DNA of 64,000 nucleotides from an uncultured Planctomycetota bacterium. Its GTDB lineage: Bacteria; Planctomycetota; Phycisphaerae; Tepidisphaerales; Tepidisphaeraceae. The position numbers and the translations under genes are program-made. The notes beneath the pieces were generated by a model. That model made no database searches and was not told the DNA's origin. It saw only the letters and a list, made by a program, of their open reading frames with translations. The stretch spans positions 864,001 to 928,000 of the forward strand of contig CAWJEN010000006.1 in NCBI GenBank assembly GCA_963841915.1, in the 5' to 3' direction. This document shows, in pieces, positions 1-9,412 of this stretch; positions within the stretch are counted from its first letter, which is position 1; each line of letters begins with the position of its first letter.

Positions 1-2138
1 TTGGCGGCTTTGTTGATGGTTTCCTTGTTCTGGTTGCGGCTGACCGTCAGGATCGTGGCGTCGGCAGCGCTGGCGACGGGTGTCGTCTCGATGCTGCCCA
101 GGATCGGGCCACAGTCGAGCAGAATCACGTCGAAGTGCTTCTTGGCTTCGCGGACGAGCCGGGCGACGGCCGACGGGCTGAAAACGCCGGCCTTCTTCTC
201 GGTCGCGTTACCGATAGGCAGCACGGCCAGGTCAGGCACATCTGTTTCGCAGGTGACGCCCAGGAAGTCGTTGCCGAGCAGGGCGTCGAGGACGCCTTCG
301 TCACCCTTGACCTTCATCCGCTTGGACAGGCCACCGCCGCGAAGGTCGGCGTCGACGAGCAGCGTACGGCAACCACTGGCCGCGTAGCTGAGGCCGAGCG
401 CCAGGCACAAGCTCGTCTTGCCGTCCTCGCGACCGGCGGAGGTGACGGCAAAGGCGCGGGGCTTGTCGGTCGTCGCGTCACCGGTCGCCGGGACTGCGTG
501 GTGGATCTGCAGGATTGTGCGGATCTGGTGCACGCAGTGGGCGGCGATGGAGGCCTGGTTCGGGTCGCTGAGCCGGTCGGGCAGATCGGGCAGCACGCCG
601 AGCATCGGTACGTGGCGGCCGTTGGGTCCGCTCGGCATCTCGGCGGCGAGGTCGATGGCGTCGTCGCTGTAACGCGTCCGCTTGTCGAACAGGCCGAAGA
701 GCAGCACGAGACCGGCCGGAATGCCGGCACCGAGAATCGCACCACCAAGTGCGGTGGCCGATCGGGCGTCCTTGGCCACACTGGCGGAGCTGGGCAGGTC
801 CTTTGGCTTGACGACGCTGATCGCGTCCATGTCGGCCTCTTTAAGCGCCTGACGCACCTGCATATCGCGATCGTCCTCGCGAATCAGGGCGTCGAGTTCC
901 TTGATGTCGTCCTCGAGTTCGCCGCGACGGCGGGTCGCGCGTTCGAGGGCCTCGCGATCCGAGGCGATAAGCGACAGTCCTTCGACGCCGCTCTCGACAA
1001 TGGGGCGAAGGTTTTCGATGCGAGCACGGAGGCCTTCGATGAAGTCGGCTGTCACGTCGACACGATCGGAGCCGCCGTCGGCAATATTGGGCATCGTGCC
1101 GTAGTACGTCTGGCGAACCTTGTCGGCCTGCGCCTCGATCAACTCCTCGATGAAGCTCAGATTTTCTGTTGCAGTAACGACGGAGGCGGCCTTGTCGCCC
1201 AACCCGCCCCGTTTGAGTTGGCGAAGCTCCGCCCGCGTCTGCGCACGCAGCGCCAACAGGTTCCGCAGCTCGCCGTCACCGTCGGCAAGGGCTTCAGGCG
1301 TCAGGTCGCCCGCTCGGCCCTTGTACTGCTCGGCCCGACGCAGGTCCTGCTCGAGGCTGTTGAGCAGCGCTTCGTCCCTGTCGAGGTCGCTCTGCATCCG
1401 GTCGTAGATACCGCCGAGATTTTCGGTGCCTTGATATCCCTTGGCAATCTGGCTGATCTCGCTCTCGACCCGATTAAGCTGATCCACGTACGCCGACCGC
1501 TGCCGATTGCGGGAGCCGTCGACCTGCTCGCTCGAGATGAGCTGTCGCCTACGGAAGTCGTTCTCGTAAGCCTCCAACGCGGCCAAGGTTCCCTTGACGG
1601 CAATCGTCGGGCTCGGGTGCTCAAAGCCGATGCTGATTGCCCAGGTGGCTTCATTGCGAGAGGCTTCAAGAAAGTTCTGGAAGACAGCCGGCTCCCAGCC
1701 CATGTCGAGTGACTTCCAGATCTCGGTCTCAACCGCCTGCTGTGCGATGGCGGGCGTCTGCGTGATGCGTTCTCTCTCGTTGCGCATGAACGAGACGTAG
1801 CTCTCGACCACGCGTTGGTCCCCTTCGAAGCCTTCGATCGACGGCTGAATCGTGACGCGGCCGCTGGAGCGGTAGGTCGGGCTTGTCAAAGAGTAACCGG
1901 CTGCGGCACCGAGAACGCCACCGCCTGCGGCCAGGCCGATCAGCAGGGGCCAGCGACCGCGCAAGAGTCGCTTCACCTTGTAGAGCGGATCGTCGGCGCC
2001 CGGCATGGCCGAGGAGGTGGTCGACGTCCGAACGAGCTCGGTCGAGGTCTGGGGCACATCAGCCCAAAAGTCGGCTGAGCGGCCTCCGGCGTCGTCTACT
2101 GCTTTGATGCTCATCTGCGAAGTGCGGTTCGTGCTCAT
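1..2138 (-). CDS. Polysaccharide chain-length determinant / tyrosine autokinase (Wzc/CpsD-like); 3' end runs off the window
   Basis: Not in the ORF track (no stop in window). Manual translation from ATG 2138 gives an N-terminal TM segment (RWPLLIGLAAGGGVLGAAAGY), coiled-coil, then AFAVTSAGREDGKTS (Walker A) and LLVDADLR in the same frame. Confidence 0.8.
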   Translation of the reverse strand, partial: MSTNRTSQMSIKAVDDAGGRSADFWADVPQTSTELVRTSTTSSAMPGADDPLYKVKRLLRGRWPLLIGLAAGGGVLGAAAGYSLTSPTYRSSGRVTIQPSIEGFEGDQRVVESYVSFMRNERERITQTPAIAQQAVETEIWKSLDMGWEPAVFQNFLEASRNEATWAISIGFEHPSPTIAVKGTLAALEAYENDFRRRQLISSEQVDGSRNRQRSAYVDQLNRVESEISQIAKGYQGTENLGGIYDRMQSDLDRDEALLNSLEQDLRRAEQYKGRAGDLTPEALADGDGELRNLLALRAQTRAELRQLKRGGLGDKAASVVTATENLSFIEELIEAQADKVRQTYYGTMPNIADGGSDRVDVTADFIEGLRARIENLRPIVESGVEGLSLIASDREALERATRRRGELEDDIKELDALIREDDRDMQVRQALKEADMDAISVVKPKDLPSSASVAKDARSATALGGAILGAGIPAGLVLLFGLFDKRTRYSDDAIDLAAEMPSGPNGRHVPMLGVLPDLPDRLSDPNQASIAAHCVHQIRTILQIHHAVPATGDATTDKPRAFAVTSAGREDGKTSLCLALGLSYAASGCRTLLVDADLRGGGLSKRMKVKGDEGVLDALLGNDFLGVTCETDVPDLAVLPIGNATEKKAGVFSPSAVARLVREAKKHFDVILLDCGPILGSIETTPVASAADATILTVSRNQNKETINKAA

Positions 2139-2301
2139 GGAAGGGCCGGTTGCGGGCGCTGCGGGCGACCCGTCGCTCGGTTCTACGCTCGCCGACCCCC
2201 GAGGGTCAGACACGCGGCAGGGCGATCGGATCGGACAGGCCGATGATTTACCTATCGACCGCCAACACCGGTCGGCAGACGCGGGTTACCCGCTCCCACT
2301 T

Positions 2302-3141
2302 TTATCGGTCCTGCGGCAGTTGTCGAGTCGCCTGGCCGACTCCCGCTTCGGGTGATGCACCTTCGTTGCCCAGCAGCACCTCAAGCGTCGGCTCCAGCGC
2401 CCGCATCACATCGGTCACGACCTGCAGCTTCACCCGCTCGGGAAGCGCTGCGTCGATGTCGGACATAGAAATGGTCACCGCTGCTGCGCCGCGACGCCGT
2501 TGTTGATACTCGCCGCCGCCTCGGGTGGCGTAGTAGAAGGCCTCAAAATCGCCGGCCGTCGTGCCGCCACCTCGGCGTGCCGGCACGATGAGCGTGCCGG
2601 CGATCCACTCGTCGCGGCCATCGAAGGTCGAGCCGTTCACGCGTATGGAGCGGTCGTCCGAGCGGTACAGCAGCCGACCCTCACCCACGGGCGGGCTTTG
2701 CCCCGACCATCTTGCCGGTGATTCAGGCCAGTAGCGACGGATCTCGTTGTCGCGACTAACGAGCACGATGACCGCCTCGACCCGCTCAGCCTTGAGGTCG
2801 CCGGGCTTTGACGGCGAAAAGTTGATGAACTCGATCCGACGTGCCGCCAGCGGAGGCCTGTAGGCAGCATTGGGTTGCCGCATCGGCAGGTCGCGACCGA
2901 TCCACAAACCGCTCGGTCCTTCGAGGCTCGTGGCGACGTTCTCGTTGATGACCGACGTGGCCAGGGCGTGGTAGTCGTCCCAATTGCTCGGACGGTGCGT
3001 GAGGTTCAGGTAGACCAGCGACACCGCCAGGACGGCGGCGGTCAGCGTCGGCGCAAGCCACGCGGCCAACGAGTGCGGACGCAACTTCGACCAGAACGAT
3101 CGCGACCGTCCCCTCGAAGTTCCGCCCGGGTGCGTCGTCAT
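2302..3141 (-). CDS. Exosortase-associated EpsI-like protein (divergent)
   Basis: Single N-terminal TM then soluble domain; 4-bp overlap with the exosortase gene. Confidence 0.55.
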   Translation of the reverse strand: MTTHPGGTSRGRSRSFWSKLRPHSLAAWLAPTLTAAVLAVSLVYLNLTHRPSNWDDYHALATSVINENVATSLEGPSGLWIGRDLPMRQPNAAYRPPLAARRIEFINFSPSKPGDLKAERVEAVIVLVSRDNEIRRYWPESPARWSGQSPPVGEGRLLYRSDDRSIRVNGSTFDGRDEWIAGTLIVPARRGGGTTAGDFEAFYYATRGGGEYQQRRRGAAAVTISMSDIDAALPERVKLQVVTDVMRALEPTLEVLLGNEGASPEAGVGQATRQLPQDR

Positions 3142-4106
3142 CCGGCCAGACGGTAGCGGTAGATGTGTAACCCGACCCAGTCAAAGAACGCAACGCCGGC
3201 TGCCACGAGCCCGATCCCGATGGCCGGCAGCAGAAAATCACTCAGCGTCCCCACGTTTGTCGCAAGCTGATCCCACCGATCGGCATCCGGGGCGTCGACC
3301 GCATGCGACGCCAGCCACAACACCGGCACCGCTCTGACGATGTTTAGCACGATCGCCAAAATCGGCACGAGCAAGAGCAACAGCCACCGGTAGCCGTTCC
3401 GCAGCGTCGTCGAGAAGGCAAACGTGTAGACGATCACCAGCAACGCCATCGCCAGGGGCAGGCCGTCGCAAGCGTCGGCTGTCGCTTCGTAACCGACACG
3501 AGCGACAGGGTCGGTGAGATTGAGCAGGTCGAAGATCGCCCGCACGCTCGACCGCGTGATCGAAATCATCGGCTGCGTCAGCCAATCCCGGGCCCGCCCA
3601 GGCAAAGGCAGGAAGAACAACCCTGCGAAAAATACCGGCATCATCCGCAAAATCAGGTTTCTGCCGCACACGCTCACAATCGCACCGACGGCCAGCAGCA
3701 ACGCGCCGAGGTGGAACAACATCGACACACCCGCCTGCCCGCCGACGAAGATGGAAGCAAAGCCAAGACTTGCGATGAGCAGGCCGAACCACTGTCCGCC
3801 GACCCTGAGGTAAGGCAGCCGCTTTCGACGACGCCACCACAAGATCACGATGGCAAACGGTGCCAGAAAAACGTGCAGGTTGTGGCCGTAGACGTCGACG
3901 AGGCTTGCCGCGTCGGCCCACGCCCACCAGCCGACGAAGACGGCTAAGACACCGAATGCGATGCCCAGGACGAGGTTGTGCGTCCGCAACCGCGGCCGCC
4001 AATGACGGTCCTGCGGATCGTCAGCACCGGCGAGCTGACGCGGCATGTACCGCTCGGCCGGCCGCGGGGCGGTTGAACCATCGAGGCTGGACGAGACAGA
4101 CGACAT
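3138..4106 (-). CDS. Exosortase/archaeosortase family protein
   Basis: Multi-TM protein with FFLPLP, DACDGL (catalytic Cys position) and NIVR (Arg position); next to Wzc-like gene. Confidence 0.8.
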   Translation of the reverse strand: MSSVSSSLDGSTAPRPAERYMPRQLAGADDPQDRHWRPRLRTHNLVLGIAFGVLAVFVGWWAWADAASLVDVYGHNLHVFLAPFAIVILWWRRRKRLPYLRVGGQWFGLLIASLGFASIFVGGQAGVSMLFHLGALLLAVGAIVSVCGRNLILRMMPVFFAGLFFLPLPGRARDWLTQPMISITRSSVRAIFDLLNLTDPVARVGYEATADACDGLPLAMALLVIVYTFAFSTTLRNGYRWLLLLLVPILAIVLNIVRAVPVLWLASHAVDAPDADRWDQLATNVGTLSDFLLPAIGIGLVAAGVAFFDWVGLHIYRYRLAG

Positions 4107-4165
4107 GCGCAGCAGTGCGTGAGCGGGACGATTTCCCTACTGACCACGTCGGCCAGATGCAGATC

Positions 4166-5437
4166 TCAGGTGAGCCGCGTGTCACTGTTGCCGATGCCAC
4201 GCAGCGCGAGGTTAAGTGCATCGACGTTGCTCGCAAGCCGCTTGGCTTCGTCGACGCTGATGACCTGACGCTGGAACAGGTCGGTCAGGTGTTGGTCGAA
4301 CGACTGGTTGCCGGCCTCCTTGTTGCCGACGATGCTCTTTAACTTCTCGTATTCCTTCTCCATGATGTACCGACGCGCAAGCGGCGTCATGTACATCACC
4401 TCGACCACCGGCACGCGACCTTTGCTGTCACGCTTCTTGGCCAGACGCTGACAGAACACGCAAGCAAGGTTCGTCGCTAGCTGCGTGTTCATCAGGTCGG
4501 CCTGCTGCTTGTCGAACAGGGCGACCACGCGCTCGATCGTCATCGACGCGTTCGTCGCGTGGACCGTCGAAAAGACCAGGTGGCCCGTATCGGCGGCCCG
4601 CAGGGCGGTCATAAGGCTGAAGCCGTCGCGAATCTCACCGATGAGCATCGTGTCCGGGTCCTGTCGCATGGCAGCGCGCAGGGCGTGGTCGTAGCTCTCG
4701 GAGTCGGTGCCGACTTCGACCTGGCTGACGAGGGACTTGTTGTCCTGGTGCTCGAACTCGATGGGGTCTTCGACGGTGATGATCCGCTCGGAGCGGGACG
4801 CATTGATCTTGCCGATGATGGCCGCCAGCGTCGTTGATTTACCTGAACCGGTCGTGCCTGAGACGAGCACGAGGCCGCGGTAGAGGTCAGCGAGCTTGGT
4901 GATCTGTGGCGGCAGGTTGAGGTCGCCGAACTTGGGAATGGTCGTCACGATCCGCCGCATGACGACCGCCGCCTTGCCGCGGCTGTGGAAGCTGGCGACG
5001 CGGAAGCGGGCGATCAGCTCGCCCTCCTTGGCCTCTGCGTCTTTGTAGAGCGCGTAGCTGGTGTCGACGCTGCCTTTGTGCAGGTACTCCTGAAACTTGT
5101 CGTCGTCGCCGATGAGTTCACGGTTGAACTCGGTCATGAGGGTGTCGTCCGGCTTGCCGCACTCGAGGAACCTCAGCTTGCCGTCGACGCGGATGACGGG
5201 CGTGGAGTCTGCCTGCAGGTGCAAGTCGCTGCCACCGGCCGTGACCACGGTCTTGAGGAACTGCCGCAGGTTGGGCACGTCGGCGGTGCTTCGCTTCTTA
5301 CCGTTGGCTTGGGCGACGGGCTCGGGGTCGTGCCCGCTCCCGGCGATGCTCATCGTGTCACCGGGCGCATGTCGCTCGGCCTCTTGGGCAGCCAACTCGG
5401 GGTCGTCCAGAATGCTTGCAGGGTTGTTATCAGCCAT
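4166..5437 (-). CDS. pilT: PilT/PilU family type IV pilus retraction ATPase
   Basis: SDLHL, GTTGSGKST, TVEDPIE, RQDPD, GEIRD, TGHLVFSTVH; start taken at MADNN. Confidence 0.9.
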   Translation of the reverse strand: MADNNPASILDDPELAAQEAERHAPGDTMSIAGSGHDPEPVAQANGKKRSTADVPNLRQFLKTVVTAGGSDLHLQADSTPVIRVDGKLRFLECGKPDDTLMTEFNRELIGDDDKFQEYLHKGSVDTSYALYKDAEAKEGELIARFRVASFHSRGKAAVVMRRIVTTIPKFGDLNLPPQITKLADLYRGLVLVSGTTGSGKSTTLAAIIGKINASRSERIITVEDPIEFEHQDNKSLVSQVEVGTDSESYDHALRAAMRQDPDTMLIGEIRDGFSLMTALRAADTGHLVFSTVHATNASMTIERVVALFDKQQADLMNTQLATNLACVFCQRLAKKRDSKGRVPVVEVMYMTPLARRYIMEKEYEKLKSIVGNKEAGNQSFDQHLTDLFQRQVISVDEAKRLASNVDALNLALRGIGNSDTRLT

Positions 5438-5597
5438 AGGCGGTGGGGCGGGAGCGAAACTGTAGCCGCCCGCGGGAGCGGGCGCGTCTGGCTCCGGACG
5501 CACCCGCTCTGGCGGTCGGCTAAAAACGGCTTGCTCTACGCGTCGTGGTGGCACGCCTCCGCCAGCGCCCAACCCGTGCTACCGAAACTTCGGCCGC

Positions 5598-5906
5598 CTA
5601 ATCGATCGATTCAGGCGCGGCCCCGCCGCGGCCCAGGTGGTACTCGCCGACGCGATAGCCGGTCTCGACGATGCCGTCGAGCAGTTCGTGGGCCGTCACT
5701 CGACGAGCATCAAAGATGACCGATACGTTACCGCTCGGGAAGTCGACCTCGGTCTCGCGAACACCCTCGAAGCGATTGAGACGTTGAATGATCTTGGTCT
5801 CGCAGGTGTGGCTGTGCATCCCGCTGACGCCGACGATGAGCAGCGAGTCGCGGTCGAGCGCGTCTCTGCGTTGCGTCGATGGTTGACGACTGGGCGAAGT
5901 GCTCAT
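5598..5906 (-). CDS. Heavy-metal-associated (HMA) domain protein with atypical metal loop
   Basis: VSGMHSHTC...GVRETEVDF...VSVIFD...IVETGY matches the HMA pattern. Confidence 0.75.
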   Translation of the reverse strand: MSTSPSRQPSTQRRDALDRDSLLIVGVSGMHSHTCETKIIQRLNRFEGVRETEVDFPSGNVSVIFDARRVTAHELLDGIVETGYRVGEYHLGRGGAAPESID

Positions 5907-6069
5907 GACACGCTCCGTGGCTGAATCGGTCGGGTTTCCTCCCACGGTTCATGTTACACGGTGTCGCGTGTAAATCACCCCATGATGCCTCGGCTTGATC
6001 CTGAAGAGCCGCCCAGCATCACATCCTGGCGATGTCCGCCGCCCGCCCGGTCATACGCTCACGCACGCC

Positions 6070-6663
6070 ATGTTATTGCTGATCGATAACTACGACAGCT
6101 TCACGTACAACCTCGTCCAGCTCGTGGCGACGGTCGCACGCGACGCCATGCCGGACCTGGACGTGAAGGTCGTTCGCAACGACGCCATTACAGCAGAGGG
6201 CGCAGCGGCGTTGTCGCCGAGCCACCTGATCGTCAGCCCGGGCCCTTGCTCGCCGAATGAAGCGGGTGTGTCGTCGGACGTCATCGAGCGACTCGCACCG
6301 GCGGGCGTCCCGACGCTGGGCGTGTGCCTTGGCCACCAGTGCATTGCCGACCGCTTCGGCGGCGTCGTCGAGCGGGCGGGCAAGCTCATGCACGGCAAGA
6401 CCGACCTCGTCCACCACGACGGCCGCACGATCTTTGCCGGCATTCCGTCACCCTTCACCGCCGCCCGGTACCACTCGCTGATCGTCCGCGAGGCTTCGCT
6501 GGCCGAGGCCGATTTCGAGATCAGCGCCAGAACTGCCGCCGGTGAAATCATGGGGCTGCGCCACCGCCGTTGGCCGCTCGAAGGCGTGCAGTTCCATCCG
6601 GAGAGCTTCATGACCGAGCATGGGGCGACGATGATCGGCAACTTCCTGGCGATGGGGCGTTGA
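6070..6663 (+). CDS. trpG: Anthranilate/aminodeoxychorismate synthase component II (glutamine amidotransferase)
   Basis: IDNYDSFTYNL, SPGPC, GVCLGHQ, GVQFHPES; trpG vs pabA not separable from sequence. Confidence 0.9.
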   Translation: MLLLIDNYDSFTYNLVQLVATVARDAMPDLDVKVVRNDAITAEGAAALSPSHLIVSPGPCSPNEAGVSSDVIERLAPAGVPTLGVCLGHQCIADRFGGVVERAGKLMHGKTDLVHHDGRTIFAGIPSPFTAARYHSLIVREASLAEADFEISARTAAGEIMGLRHRRWPLEGVQFHPESFMTEHGATMIGNFLAMGR

Positions 6664-6831
6664 GACGAGTGCGCCCGCGACGCCGCCGCAGCGTTGCCCT
6701 GTGAAGCTGGGCTGGCCTTGACGACTGTCGGGCAAGGCGAGTCTCCATCGGCCTGCTTCGACTGATTCTGGGCCGTTATCGGGCAGTTGTGCGTCGACCA
6801 AATTGGCAGGCGTGGGGTAGGTTGGACTCAC

Positions 6832-7581
6832 ATGAAGATGCACTTAGCCATTGCCGTCGCTGCTGCGACCGTTGCCTCGTCGACCGTATCCGCCGCCTTA
6901 GAGGGGTATGCGATCGATCCAGCTTCCAGCATGCTGACCGTCACTGCCGAACTCGGTGGCAACGCCGCCACACCACAGTTCCTGGGTAGCAACATGGTCA
7001 ACCTCTCGGGCGGGATCCTCGTCGATCAGACTGCGACCACGATCCAGTTCGTCGGAGGCAGCCTTGTCGATGTGCTTCCGCAGGCCGCTCCTGTTTCACC
7101 CGATGTCGGTGGTATGCCAGGGTCTGCCATCGGTGACTTCGGCCTGAACTTCACGGACTTGTTCGGCACCATCCCGGCGGCCGGTCGCGACTTCAGCTTC
7201 GATCTGACCAGCGGGGTGATTCCCATCGTGCCGGTCCCTGGTCCCTTCGGCGGATTCGACTCCTTCGACGCGTCACAAATCGACTTCGAGCTGCTCGACG
7301 GCAGCGTCGACTACGACGCGGGCCTGGCCTTCGGATCGGCTGACCTGACGGGGGAGTCGGCGAGCAACAACGCAGTCCTGGGTGACCTGACCGACCTGTT
7401 CGGCCTTGACTTCATCACCATTCCTGTTGATGCGACGCTGTTCTTCACGGTGCTGACGCCGAATGACGCGAGCGTGACGATCACCGGCAACATTGTCGCC
7501 ACCCGCATCGTTCCCGAGCCTGCGACGGCCAGCGTCGTGCTGATGAGCGGCGGCCTGCTGCTGGGCCGTCGCCGTCGATAG
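6832..7581 (+). CDS. PEP-CTERM sorting domain protein
   Basis: Signal peptide and C-terminal VPEPATASVVLMSGGLLLGRRRR. Confidence 0.9.
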   Translation: MKMHLAIAVAAATVASSTVSAALEGYAIDPASSMLTVTAELGGNAATPQFLGSNMVNLSGGILVDQTATTIQFVGGSLVDVLPQAAPVSPDVGGMPGSAIGDFGLNFTDLFGTIPAAGRDFSFDLTSGVIPIVPVPGPFGGFDSFDASQIDFELLDGSVDYDAGLAFGSADLTGESASNNAVLGDLTDLFGLDFITIPVDATLFFTVLTPNDASVTITGNIVATRIVPEPATASVVLMSGGLLLGRRRR

Positions 7582-7794
7582 TGCAAGCGGGTGCAATTGA
7601 AGTGGGCGAACCGGGAGCATTCTGCCCCCGGTTTGTCTTTGCGCCCCGGCGGCCGCGGCGGCGCACGCGCTGGCGTGTCTCACGAACGACGACAACAGAC
7701 GGACCGCCTTCGGAACGTGCCCGCACTTTCTGACTGACGACGTTCGATTGCCCCCGCAGGACGAACGACCCGCCGACGCGTTTGCGGACCGAAA

Positions 7795-7810
7795 TGTTCC
7801 ACGTGGAACA
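7795..7810. promoter_or_regulatory. parS site
   Basis: Perfect palindrome TGTTCCACGTGGAACA. Confidence 0.85.
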
Positions 7811-7861
7811 TTGGCACAGACGGCCAAACCGGTCTCAGAGCCCGCCACGACGGTCGGCCGA

Positions 7862-7877
7862 TGTTCCACGTGGAACA
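7862..7877. promoter_or_regulatory. parS site
   Basis: Perfect palindrome TGTTCCACGTGGAACA. Confidence 0.85.
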
Positions 7878-7928
7878 ATCGCCCCGCGCCAGCCGCCCCG
7901 ACCCCATTTGGCCGCCGCCGCGCAACAC

Positions 7929-8759
7929 TCAGTCGTCGTCATCCATGTCGCCGAAGATCATTTCGAAGAATTCGTCCATGATCTCGATCGACGCTTTGGC
8001 CGCCTGCTCGTCGTAGGCGATGGCCCCCTTGAGCTGCGGATTCTTCTCGGCCATCATGGTCGCATCGGGGTTGCTGAAGGCGTGCAGGGCGGTCGGAAAG
8101 TTGACGAGCGTCATCGGCACGCCCGCTTCGAGCGACTTCTGGACGAAACCGGCAAAGGCGTCGGGCTTGACCATCGGGTCGGCACCGCCGTGCAGGATCA
8201 GCATGGCAGGGCCGTTGTACGCGGCCTGCGGTGCGGCATCGGCCGACAGGCCACCGTGAAAGCTGACGACAGCCTTGAGCTTGCTGCCGTAATCGCTCGT
8301 CGCCATGTCGACAACCGTGCTGCCACCGAAGCAGAAGCCGATCGCGCCGATCGCTTCGTCGTCCACATTCTCCTGGTCCACCAGTACCTTCATGGCCGGC
8401 ATCACTAGCTCCGCCAAGCCCGTCTCTCGGGCCATTCCAGACCATTTACCCGCCTCTGCCGGGTCACCGGTTGTCACGCCGTTGCCGTACATATCTGCGA
8501 CGAAGGCGATGTAGCCCTCTTCAGCCAACTCGCGGGCCCGCATCTTGGGATACTCGGTCAGGCCCCACCACTCGGGAACGACCAGAATGCCGGGTCGCAT
8601 GCCGGTCACGTCTTCGTCGTAGATCAACACGCCTTGGGCTATCTCGCCTGTCGGTAGCTCATATTCGACGACCTCTTCCTTCATGCCGCCTTGACCGAAC
8701 GCCGGCAGGACAATCCAGAGCAGGGCGACGAATGTCGTGAGTGTCAGGGGCTTGTGCAT
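7929..8759 (-). CDS. Dienelactone hydrolase family protein (secreted)
   Basis: PEWWGL, GFCFGG nucleophile, HGGADP, HAFSNP; signal peptide from MHKPL. Confidence 0.9.
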   Translation of the reverse strand: MHKPLTLTTFVALLWIVLPAFGQGGMKEEVVEYELPTGEIAQGVLIYDEDVTGMRPGILVVPEWWGLTEYPKMRARELAEEGYIAFVADMYGNGVTTGDPAEAGKWSGMARETGLAELVMPAMKVLVDQENVDDEAIGAIGFCFGGSTVVDMATSDYGSKLKAVVSFHGGLSADAAPQAAYNGPAMLILHGGADPMVKPDAFAGFVQKSLEAGVPMTLVNFPTALHAFSNPDATMMAEKNPQLKGAIAYDEQAAKASIEIMDEFFEMIFGDMDDDD

Positions 8760-8820
8760 GCGCGCAGCGTATCGACCACGCCGCACGTCGTGAACGTTCG
8801 AAGAGGTGGGATCCGCTGAC

Positions 8821-9381
8821 CTATTTCGACGAAGGCGGCTTGTCTGGCCACGCATCGGAGCGGGAGATATCTCGAATCTCCTTGACGCCGTAGAGCTTGC
8901 CGTCGGGCTTGTCCATGCCTGGGCACATCGTCTTGCCGTGGTTCCAGGCTTCTTCGCTCTGGAGCAGCCCCTGCCAGAACGGCCACGTCCGACACTGCAG
9001 CGGCCTGGCCTTGTAGACCTTGCAACCGCGCTTGCGAGCGTCGGGCTTGTCACCTTTGAGCGGCTTGAGGAACTCGCAGTCGTATTGGCCGTTGGGCTGA
9101 CGAACTTCCTTCAGGCTCAACCGCTTGCCGATCTTGCGAACATGCTTGCGGCGGAAGTCGGGCTCGCTCATCTTCAGGAGCGTCGCGAGCTCTTCAACCT
9201 CGTCATCCGTGACCCAGACGTACCCGGCCGGTCCTGTGCAGCAGTTGCCGCAGGTCGAGCAGCGGAACTTAAGCCCGTCCTTGTACCAAGGCTCATCGGC
9301 CACCGGCAGGGCAACGCCGCCTGCGTGCCGGACGTCGCTGACATCGTCGGAATCTTCAGGCCGATGGGACAAGGCGATCAT
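8821..9381 (-). CDS. YkgJ family cysteine-cluster protein
   Basis: FRCSTCGNCCTG, CEFL, CKVYKARPLQCRTWPFW, CPG; start approximate. Confidence 0.85.
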   Translation of the reverse strand: MIALSHRPEDSDDVSDVRHAGGVALPVADEPWYKDGLKFRCSTCGNCCTGPAGYVWVTDDEVEELATLLKMSEPDFRRKHVRKIGKRLSLKEVRQPNGQYDCEFLKPLKGDKPDARKRGCKVYKARPLQCRTWPFWQGLLQSEEAWNHGKTMCPGMDKPDGKLYGVKEIRDISRSDAWPDKPPSSK

Positions 9382-9412
9382 GTTAGCCGTCGGCAACGTA
9401 GCGTCAGGAAGT

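Noticed and set aside
135..1712. Long plus-strand ORF and similar long antisense ORFs (22508-24346, 27618-29285, 52833-54968, 60132-61361)
   Set aside because: Shadow frames of well-supported genes on the opposite strand, expected in GC-rich DNA; no recognisable motifs
7795..7877. Palindromic repeat-spacer-repeat as a mini CRISPR (also 34881-34970)
   Set aside because: Repeats are only 16 bp, two per locus, match parS, and no cas genes are present
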